A DNA stretch of 55,722 nucleotides from Leptolyngbyaceae cyanobacterium bins.59 (GTDB taxonomy: Bacteria; Cyanobacteriota; Cyanobacteriia; GCF-001939115): contig JANRKG010000083.1 in NCBI GenBank assembly GCA_033763635.1, positions 1 to 55,722 on the forward strand, in the 5' to 3' direction. Positions 27,339 through 34,223 of this stretch are shown here, one piece after another; the first letter of the stretch is position 1, and every line of letters starts with the position of its first letter. The notes under the pieces were generated by a model. The model saw nothing but the letters and a program-made list of their open reading frames with translations, was not told the DNA's origin and made no database searches. A program made the position numbers and the translations under genes.

Positions 27339-27450
27339 AAGGCGATTTCTTGAAAAGAATTTACCGATGAGTTGCCCTTCGGCTTCGCTCAGGGCACGAA
27401 CATTGCTTGAGCGGAGCCGAAACCAGCAGGGAAATTGTTTGCTGGAAATC
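27339..27450. repeat. Copy A of a 112-bp palindromic (MITE/REP-like) intergenic repeat
   Basis: Nearly colinear with 53869-53980. Core hairpin cggcttcgctca / tgagcggagccg, with outer arms gatttcttgaaaagaattt / aaattgtttgctggaaatc also inverted. It begins 28 nt downstream of the GvpF-like stop. Confidence 0.75.
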
Positions 27451-27477
27451 TCCCAATACTCATGAATTGTGCTGGAC

Positions 27478-28149
27478 CTACATAAAGTGATAGGGAGGCA
27501 GCGGGTCATCCAGAACAAATTGCCAACCTGGGCAGGCACTTTGCCAGTCGGTTAAGAAGTTTAGAATAGAAGACTCATCGGTGCGAGGGGCTAGGAGATA
27601 AATGCGAGCAGTGTCCTCCTGAGGTTCCCCAATGATGCCCTCCAGGGAAGACTGTAGAACGGCTCCCTTGAACGCTTCTAACTGGGCTTCCTGTTGTTGC
27701 TGCCACTCGATTTGGGAGGTGTAGCGCTGTTTCTTTGCCAGAAAGTAGGCCCGACCTGGAAGTTCTGTCAGAGGAGCGGTATCTTCTGGAGGAGGAAGGG
27801 GAATGAGCCGTAGCGTGTACTCGGCTTTTCCTTTAAGGTGACGCAGCTTATCGAGATATTCCTGACGGTGACTTTCGAGATGACGAGTCAGGGTTTCTAC
27901 GGAAAAAAATTGGGTTCCGAATCGTAGAGGCAATAAATCGGTTTGGGAGAAGAGGTTTTGAATAACGCGATCGTGGGCCAGCACTGCCTGAATCAAACGC
28001 TCATCACGCTGTTCTAGATCTTCCCAGGGAACTTCTAACTCAACAACGGCAGCCAGGTCGGGCGTTTGGATCATCCGCAGGGGTTCGATGATCCCCATTG
28101 GCAGAACTAACGGATTGTCCGGTTTTGGCAACAGGGCATAGACATACAT
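27478..28149 (-). CDS. GvpL/GvpF-family protein (orphan; no other gas-vesicle genes nearby)
   Basis: MYVYALLP N-terminus, AVLAHDRVIQNLFSQTDLLPLRFGTQF, KGKAEYTLRL and a C-terminal PLPPYHF. These parallel conserved GvpF blocks as I recall them (LYLYGIFP, LLPLRFG, GK.E..., APYTF). Confidence 0.7.
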   Translation of the reverse strand: MYVYALLPKPDNPLVLPMGIIEPLRMIQTPDLAAVVELEVPWEDLEQRDERLIQAVLAHDRVIQNLFSQTDLLPLRFGTQFFSVETLTRHLESHRQEYLDKLRHLKGKAEYTLRLIPLPPPEDTAPLTELPGRAYFLAKKQRYTSQIEWQQQQEAQLEAFKGAVLQSSLEGIIGEPQEDTARIYLLAPRTDESSILNFLTDWQSACPGWQFVLDDPLPPYHFM

Positions 28150-28169
28150 AACAAATCAGGCATCGGCAG

Positions 28170-29705
28170 CTAAGGATAGGTAGAAGCCAGGGGATACAGA
28201 TGAAATCCCAGATGAAGTTGGAGGAATCCAGATTGCCAGTCTTCCTGATCCATCTTGCACTCAATTTGACATCCCCGTCTCAATAAGGGAAGTAGGGAAA
28301 TGGAGCCAAGCATCTGAAGGTCTAACCGTTCAAATAGCACCTCAATCCGTTCCGGTTCTTGACAAAACTCATGGTTGCGAGACTGAACAACCACAGTGGA
28401 ATTGAGCAGGGCTGGAGCCTGATCGAGGAGGTGTCCCGTTGCCAGATCCATCACCCAGATCTGACCATCGATCGTCAAATGAATCATCGCCAGTAGGCGC
28501 AATAATCCCGTTTCCCAATCTTGCTGGGGCTGCAAAACCCGCGCCGGAATCCCACTCATCAATTGGGTTAACTCTGGGGAAACACGGGTTAATTGCCAGA
28601 ACCATTGGGGGAGCCACCCACTTCCTAAACAATCTGTTTTTAAGAGAGGATGGGACTCATTTGCACTACTGGAATGCAAATGGTTGACGAGATGGTGGGC
28701 GATGTGGATGAATTGTTCGACGATCGCTTCTTCCTCTTGATCTAACAGAGCTTCCAGGGGATGGAGGGTTAGAAAACTGATCAACTGAGGGATGAGCAGT
28801 TCTTGAGTCACCTGCTGGAGGAAGGTAGGGTCTGTCAACCGGAGGGGAAACTCGGTAATGCTAGGGGGTTGGGACTCGTGATCAATCTTCCCCGGAAGGG
28901 AGAGGAGCCTCGGTTCTGGCGTGAACTCCAGATGCAGCCTTAACCGAACAACTCCTGCTTGCCAGGGCTGTCCGGGAACCAGCAAATCCGCTTCGGCCCC
29001 TGCCATAAACAGAGCAATATCAGGGGCAACGGCCTGGACCTGGCGGGTCAGGGATTGCAGCAGGTTTTCCCCCCAGATCGGAGCAGGGCAAAGGCTGCCC
29101 TGCTCCGATCGCACCACCTGATCCGTCAGGAACGTTTCGTGGGATAGGGAGTGGGTCACGAGATCGAGAGAACAGTCTGCGATCGGGGTTTTGACTTCGA
29201 GCACGGGAACGAGGCGCAGCATGCCAGACTGCCAGGATTCCCCCGGTTTGCAGACCTGGCCCGGAATCCCACCAACCAGTTGCATGATGTCATAGGAGGT
29301 CCGGGCGAGGCTCCAGAGCAAGCGGGGCGCGAGTTGTTCGATCGAACAGTAGTGTTGCAGAAAATCTTCCTGGGACGTGCCACCGATGGAGTGGAGGGGC
29401 AGGATCGGGACTGGGCTGTTTTGAACTGCGCTCCAAACCTCGTAGGCTTCTTCTAAAACATAGGGCGCGAGGTTTTGGGGGGTTTGTTCCAGGTTCGCGG
29501 GCCAGCCACTTCCGGGTGATCGTAAGTGATTCACCATGTCGATCAGGTGTAGCATTGCAGTGGCGATCGGCTCCGCGACGGTGAGGGTGGGAGCTTGTTC
29601 TGGGAAGGTTGGTTCAGCAAGCTTCAGGACGGTTTTGCTGATGGTCGCAGGATTGCCGGGTTCAGCAGAGGGGTGGGGGGTGTGGGTGGGAGGAGGTTCT
29701 AACAT
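28170..29705 (-). CDS. Hypothetical 511-aa protein: tandem degenerate MazG-like domains, each extended by a repeated beta-rich module
   Basis: aa 51-94 (LHLIDMVNHLRSPGSGWPANLEQTPQNLAPYVLEEAYEVWSAV) resembles the MazG N-terminal helices, echoed at aa 333-366. Modules at aa 141-170/379-408 (GIPxxVxxPxxxWxxGxLRL) and 236-262/477-505 (PxQxWQxG..L.L) show an internal duplication. Confidence 0.6.
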   Translation of the reverse strand: MLEPPPTHTPHPSAEPGNPATISKTVLKLAEPTFPEQAPTLTVAEPIATAMLHLIDMVNHLRSPGSGWPANLEQTPQNLAPYVLEEAYEVWSAVQNSPVPILPLHSIGGTSQEDFLQHYCSIEQLAPRLLWSLARTSYDIMQLVGGIPGQVCKPGESWQSGMLRLVPVLEVKTPIADCSLDLVTHSLSHETFLTDQVVRSEQGSLCPAPIWGENLLQSLTRQVQAVAPDIALFMAGAEADLLVPGQPWQAGVVRLRLHLEFTPEPRLLSLPGKIDHESQPPSITEFPLRLTDPTFLQQVTQELLIPQLISFLTLHPLEALLDQEEEAIVEQFIHIAHHLVNHLHSSSANESHPLLKTDCLGSGWLPQWFWQLTRVSPELTQLMSGIPARVLQPQQDWETGLLRLLAMIHLTIDGQIWVMDLATGHLLDQAPALLNSTVVVQSRNHEFCQEPERIEVLFERLDLQMLGSISLLPLLRRGCQIECKMDQEDWQSGFLQLHLGFHLYPLASTYP

Positions 29706-29903
29706 GCAACCGATGGGTAGGGGAATGAGAGCTTGCAGCGCACCCTGAAGGCATGACGGACATACCTCAATATGCCCGGATTAGGGGCTTCTTCTACTCT
29801 AATTCTCCGGGGATGGCTTGAAACAGGGAGGATTGTGATGGTTTGTTACTGATTGGGAAAGATTGTTGTCAGGAACATTCAGCAAAATAATAACCTGGCG
29901 ATC

Positions 29904-29959
29904 GGGTTTCGACTTTGCTCAACCTGGGAGAAATTGAGGGCTGAGCAAAGCCAAAGCCC
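29904..29959. repeat. Copy D of the hairpin repeat family (subfamily with a ccggtgactggt flank)
   Basis: gggtttcgactttgctcaacc...ggctgagcaaagccaaagccc with arms ctttgctca / tgagcaaag. The core resembles copy C (ggtttcggcttcgctcaagc). It ends 32 nt downstream of the flotillin stop. Confidence 0.65.
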
Positions 29960-29990
29960 GGTGACTGGTACTTTATTAATTTGTCGATTC

Positions 29991-31916
29991 TTATGCGTCT
30001 GGAGGGGGTTGGGATGGGGTCACGATCGCCCCGTTCTCACTCGCAGTTTGATTTTGCAACAATTGTTTAACCTGACTGACGACTCCAGATAATTTTCCTT
30101 CGTCTAGCAAGGTGTTGATCAGGGAAAGGCCACTAGTGGACAGCAGCAGCTTATTGATATCTGAAACACCGCTGCCGTTGCTGCCACTTACGCCAGGGAA
30201 AGAATAGATGCGGGCATCCCCCAAAACTCCCGGTTGGGGGGCGAGGGCCTGAAGCACTTCAGGGAGACGTTCTGCCAGATCGGGCCACATGGTTGTCAGT
30301 AAGTTAGCAGTCAGGTTGGCGTTGCTGATCACGTTCTTCGCTTCCATCAATGCCCGTAATCCTTCGGCCTCCGCCAGGGACTTATCTCGGTTCGCCTCGG
30401 CCAGGGTCCGGATGGCTACGGCTTCCAGTTCAGCGGCTTGTTGCGCGATCTCCGCCTGTCGTCGGCGACGGAAAACATCAATTTCCACCACGTTTTGTTC
30501 CAGAACCCGTTTTTCCTGGGCGGTTTGTTCCGCTGCGATGACCGCCAATTTTTGGGAACGTTCCGCCTTTTCTACTTCGGTGGCAGTGATGACCCCGGAC
30601 TCTGCCTTGGCTTGCTGGGCTTCTGCCAGGAAACTTTCGCGGCGTTTGGTGGCGATCGCGATATTCAAATCTTCCTGGGCCAGTTTTGCCAGTCGCTCCG
30701 ATTCGGTCAGTTGCACCTGGGCCTGGAACTTGCTCGACTCTACGGCTTGCTGACGGGTGACTTCTGCGATCTGGGCTTCCTGTTGCTGAAGCGCCTGGGT
30801 GACTTTCAGTTGTTTGCTCCGTTCCTCCAGGGCGATGTCGGCTTCGATCTGGCTCTGTTGTACTGCCAGTCGCTTGCGAATTTCCTCTTCCTCGACGGCC
30901 TGATCTTGCAAAATTTTGGTGCGGCGAGTGGTCGCGGCCTCCCGGTCCTTGGATTCCTGGATTTCCCGTTCCTGTTGCGCCCGGAGAGCTTCCACCTGGA
31001 GTTCCTGTTCTAACCGGGCGGCTTCCTGTTCCTGGGCAATTTGCAGGGATCGCTTCCGGGCATCCAGTTCTTTTTGCTCGATTTCCACCTGGGTTTCCAG
31101 TTCCACTTCCCGTTTCTGCTGGATCGATCGCTGGATCGTTTCCGTCCGTAACCGAACCCCCTGCGCGTCAAAGAAATTGTTCGTGTCGTAGGTGTCGCTT
31201 TCCTGAACTTCCGAGATCGCGATGTTGTTGAGGGTCAAACCGACTTTGCTGAGATCCTGTTGCATCAACTCCAGCACTTTTTGGGCGAACCCCAACTTAT
31301 CGGAATCGATTTCTGCCAGATCTTTATTTTTGGCTGCGGCCCGAATGGCATCATCGGCCCGTTTTTCCAGTGCATTTTTAATGTCTTCGGGCGTAATCCG
31401 ATTATTTTGGGAGAGCCGAGCCGCAGCGGTCAGGACATCTTCTTCCGTTGCACTAATACAGACATATAATGTCACGCGCATATCGGCCCGCAGGTAATCT
31501 TTTGTGCGAACAGCCAGCTTTCCCGTCCGTTCCACGTCGATCGACAGTTCCCGTAGGGGCACCCGTGTCAGTTCATGAAAACCGGGAAGCACCACACAGC
31601 CCCCATTCAGGATAACCATTTTTCGTTTAACAAAAATTCCCCCGGTTCTCACAAAGGCTTCGTTATTGGGGGTAATGACGTAGACCCGTGTATAGGCCCA
31701 GACACTAAAGAGCAGGAGAAAAATCAGCCCTGCAACTAATCCTGGCAGAATGAGTAACCCACTTCCGCCAAGTTGTCCTATCAATGCCTGGGAGGGAGGG
31801 GCTGTTTGGGCGAGCAGGGGTTGCGGTTCCCGAAAGTCGGAGTCGGTTTGCTGAAGAGAGACTTCTTCCGGAGAAGCGATCGGTAAGGATTGAAGCAACG
31901 TGAACCAGAACAGCAT
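29991..31916 (-). CDS. Flotillin/YqiK-type SPFH (band 7) protein with long coiled coil
   Basis: N-terminal TM, an SPFH block (YVITPNNEAFVRTGG...LRADMRVTLYV), then about 300 aa of E/Q/A/R-rich coiled coil. I place the start at the ATG overlapping the NfeD stop (TAATG at 31914-31918) rather than the 691-aa ORF start at 32066. Confidence 0.85.
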   Translation of the reverse strand: MLFWFTLLQSLPIASPEEVSLQQTDSDFREPQPLLAQTAPPSQALIGQLGGSGLLILPGLVAGLIFLLLFSVWAYTRVYVITPNNEAFVRTGGIFVKRKMVILNGGCVVLPGFHELTRVPLRELSIDVERTGKLAVRTKDYLRADMRVTLYVCISATEEDVLTAAARLSQNNRITPEDIKNALEKRADDAIRAAAKNKDLAEIDSDKLGFAQKVLELMQQDLSKVGLTLNNIAISEVQESDTYDTNNFFDAQGVRLRTETIQRSIQQKREVELETQVEIEQKELDARKRSLQIAQEQEAARLEQELQVEALRAQQEREIQESKDREAATTRRTKILQDQAVEEEEIRKRLAVQQSQIEADIALEERSKQLKVTQALQQQEAQIAEVTRQQAVESSKFQAQVQLTESERLAKLAQEDLNIAIATKRRESFLAEAQQAKAESGVITATEVEKAERSQKLAVIAAEQTAQEKRVLEQNVVEIDVFRRRRQAEIAQQAAELEAVAIRTLAEANRDKSLAEAEGLRALMEAKNVISNANLTANLLTTMWPDLAERLPEVLQALAPQPGVLGDARIYSFPGVSGSNGSGVSDINKLLLSTSGLSLINTLLDEGKLSGVVSQVKQLLQNQTASENGAIVTPSQPPPDA

Positions 31917-32593
31917 TATGAATCCCCTTTCTGTGACGCTTGTGAGGTGGATGAATTCAACCAGTTTTGTTCGTCCAAGCTGTTGCGAACGATGACGAAG
32001 TAGACCTGCTCCCGACGATCGATCACTAACACCTTGTCTCCTAAGACGGGCCGCACCGTTGCCCATTCTGGAAAGACTGCATTGATGGAAACCAGATTTC
32101 GGGCGGCATCAATGGCATTGACCTGCCCAATGCGTCCATCGCGATCGTCTGGGATCACAGCGGAACTGACCGTTCCGTTACACCCAATCAGGCGATCGGC
32201 ACTGACATCTTCGCCAAAGGTTGCCAGGGCTTTTCCCATTGGGCGGGCCAGTAATCCTCCGCCTGCCACTGCCAGTCCCAGCGACACCCCCAATACGGCT
32301 CCACTCAGCAGATTTCCCGGCATCTGACCGAAAATTCCGGCGATCGTGACGTTCAGCATCCAGCCAAAAAGTCCCCAGAGGCTCAAGTCTGTGGCGAGTA
32401 GCAAGATCAACGGTGCTTTCCCAAAGCCGATCCAGCCTAATGCCTGACCCATCTCAAATCCACCATCCCCCTCTGCATCCAGATCCCCATCTCCGTCCCC
32501 ATCATCCCCGCCGGAGACAATAACGAGGAGAAACAGACCGATCCCCATTCCCAGGAACAGCCAATAGGGTAAATTGGCAGGATGAAAGAGCAT
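31916..32593 (-). CDS. NfeD/YqiJ-like membrane protein (flotillin partner)
   Basis: N-terminal TM, an acidic DGDGDGDLDAEGDGG loop, further TMs, and a C-terminal OB-like soluble domain (GTVSSAVIPDDRDGRIGQV...VLVIDRRE). Translationally coupled to the flotillin gene. Confidence 0.75.
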   Translation of the reverse strand: MLFHPANLPYWLFLGMGIGLFLLVIVSGGDDGDGDGDLDAEGDGGFEMGQALGWIGFGKAPLILLLATDLSLWGLFGWMLNVTIAGIFGQMPGNLLSGAVLGVSLGLAVAGGGLLARPMGKALATFGEDVSADRLIGCNGTVSSAVIPDDRDGRIGQVNAIDAARNLVSINAVFPEWATVRPVLGDKVLVIDRREQVYFVIVRNSLDEQNWLNSSTSQASQKGDS

Positions 32594-32696
32594 AATCGCC
32601 CAATAGAGTTTGCAAACTTAGTTACAGTTCAGGTTTAGCCTACCCTGAAGCTCTTCTCTTTTTACTAAAGATCTATTAAGAAGCGATCGGTTAAGC

Positions 32697-32776
32697 AGAT
32701 TTTTAGAAAACAAATTCCCCGCTGGTTTCGGCTTCGCTCAAGCAGCATGTGTGCCCTGGAGCGGAGTCGAAGCCCT
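32697..32776. repeat. Copy C (inverted, truncated) of the palindromic repeat
   Basis: gatttttagaaaacaaattccccgctggtttcggcttcgctcaagc...ggagcggagtcgaagccc matches the reverse complement of copies A and B but lacks one outer arm. It lies downstream of the DUF1194-like stop (32989). Confidence 0.7.
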
Positions 32777-32988
32777 CGTCTAGCCTGAAGTTAAGCATTG
32801 AGTGTGAGTCTGAATCCTCTTCGCCTCCATAGGAAATAGCCTCACTTGTTACAAGTAAGGCTGAAAAGGATTGATATGATTTGCTACACCTTTTTGCAGA
32901 CATGATTTGCTGCATAGTAGAGTGCCACTGAAAAATTCTCTAAATTAATTTGGCAGATACGTGAACGGTAGGCTGCTGAAGCAACAAA

Positions 32989-33888
32989 CTATGCTTCGGC
33001 TTCGACTTTTTTGCCCGTTAGTTGGCGGCGTAGCGAGAACGCGGTGCCACCGAGAAACGCTAATCCCAATAGGGACGAGGGTTCAGGGACAGAGGTAGGG
33101 GGAGTCGGCGTAATTTCTCGAACTAACTTCTGTTTAACGGCTTGTTCAAAAGTATCGAAGGTAGATGCGGCAATGACAAATGCGCCATTCCCTCCCTTAA
33201 TATTGTTGCTGTACCAATTCAGTAAGCTCTGATCATTTGCCAGAATGGGCAGTCCATTAATTGCATCAATCCCCTTTGCCAGAGCTGCATTCCGGGCGAC
33301 ACTTGTTGAGGTTTCCCCAGTCCCATCCCCAGAGACATCAATGACCTGTCGGGTTGAGTTGAACCCATTTTGCACACTTCCGGTTTCTGTCCCAAATAAA
33401 GGAGTTGCGTAGGTTATGGCCGCGCCAGGAGCCGTGCCTCCACCAAAGGGGCGAGAGGTTGCGTTGATGGCATTTGCAAAACTTTGAGCAGCCGCAAGAC
33501 TGTCAATCAGCGTCCAGCCTACCGCTTGTGTCTGTAAAGTCGTTGAAGACCAGTAGATGAGGTTAACGGCGATTTTGCCAATTGGCCCCCCACTGATGGC
33601 AGACCATAGGGTGATGTCTTTGAACGCATTCACGTAGCCTTGTTTTTGTAAGTTAAATTCATTGGCGTTGATACTGCCTGAGACATCTACCAGCAGGGAC
33701 AATTCCAGATCAACGGCGATCGGGTTATTGGGATCTCCGTTGGTCAATGCTCCATTCCCAAGAGTGATCGTTGCCGCCTGAACGGGTTTCACAAAAAATG
33801 AAGAACCCAGCGTCATTAAGGTTGTAAAGGCTACAAGTGACAATTGGACCGCGATTGACTTCGAGACAACTGTTTTACTTTTCATCAA
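32989..33888 (-). CDS. vWA-like DUF1194-family protein with C-terminal PEP-CTERM sorting signal
   Basis: Signal peptide, LLVDVSGSINANEF (MIDAS-like DxSxS), VIDVSGDG, and a C-terminal VPEPSSLLGLAFLGGTAFSLRRQ (PEP motif, TM helix, basic tail). Confidence 0.75.
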   Translation of the reverse strand: MMKSKTVVSKSIAVQLSLVAFTTLMTLGSSFFVKPVQAATITLGNGALTNGDPNNPIAVDLELSLLVDVSGSINANEFNLQKQGYVNAFKDITLWSAISGGPIGKIAVNLIYWSSTTLQTQAVGWTLIDSLAAAQSFANAINATSRPFGGGTAPGAAITYATPLFGTETGSVQNGFNSTRQVIDVSGDGTGETSTSVARNAALAKGIDAINGLPILANDQSLLNWYSNNIKGGNGAFVIAASTFDTFEQAVKQKLVREITPTPPTSVPEPSSLLGLAFLGGTAFSLRRQLTGKKVEAEA

Positions 33889-34223
33889 ATGATCTCCTGA
33901 TTAAAAGTGAATGCACTAGGAACTCATGTCCCTGGAGTAAGAAAAAAGAGGATTCAGTGCATGTGAGGATATCCTGACAAGTAATTCTCTTTTTCCGCAG
34001 AGTGAGCATCACTTTCTCACAGAAGAAATACAGATAATCCCCCTCCTCTTTATCAGAACTTTGTATGAAGAAAGTTGAATCTACGAATTTTCTCTGAAAA
34101 ATGCTGAGATTTTCTCCGCATACAAGGGTTTTAGGTTGGGATCAGTAAGCTTCCCAACCTAAACCTCCAAGGAGCCTGGGCGGTCTATGAAATTTTGGTA
34201 AATCATGCAGGTAAAGGGCTGAT

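Noticed and set aside
27309-27539. 76-aa minus-strand ORF
   Set aside because: It is generated by palindromic repeat copy A (the SSNVRALSEAEGQLIG-type sequence) and overlaps the 3' end of the GvpF-like gene.
27478-28149. Interpretation as part of a gas-vesicle operon
   Set aside because: There are no gvpA/J/M-like small hydrophobic ORFs and no gvpC/N/K/G/W anywhere in the window. It is therefore treated as an orphan GvpF/L-fold gene.
30289-31013. 154-aa and 191-aa plus-strand ORFs
   Set aside because: They are antisense to the flotillin coiled-coil region. The repetitive GAA/CAG-rich coding strand keeps the complementary frames open by chance.
31917-32066. N-terminal 50-codon extension of the flotillin ORF (691-aa version)
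   Set aside because: It overlaps the NfeD-like gene out of frame. Its Arg/Gly/Ser-rich sequence lacks any signal, and the TAATG coupling at 31916 gives a natural start just before the TM segment.
34131-34162. Perfect 11-bp hairpin ttaggttggga / tcccaacctaa downstream of the NDH-2 gene as a terminator
   Set aside because: Neither strand has a U-rich tail after the stem, so I cannot support an intrinsic-terminator call. It may still be a stability element.
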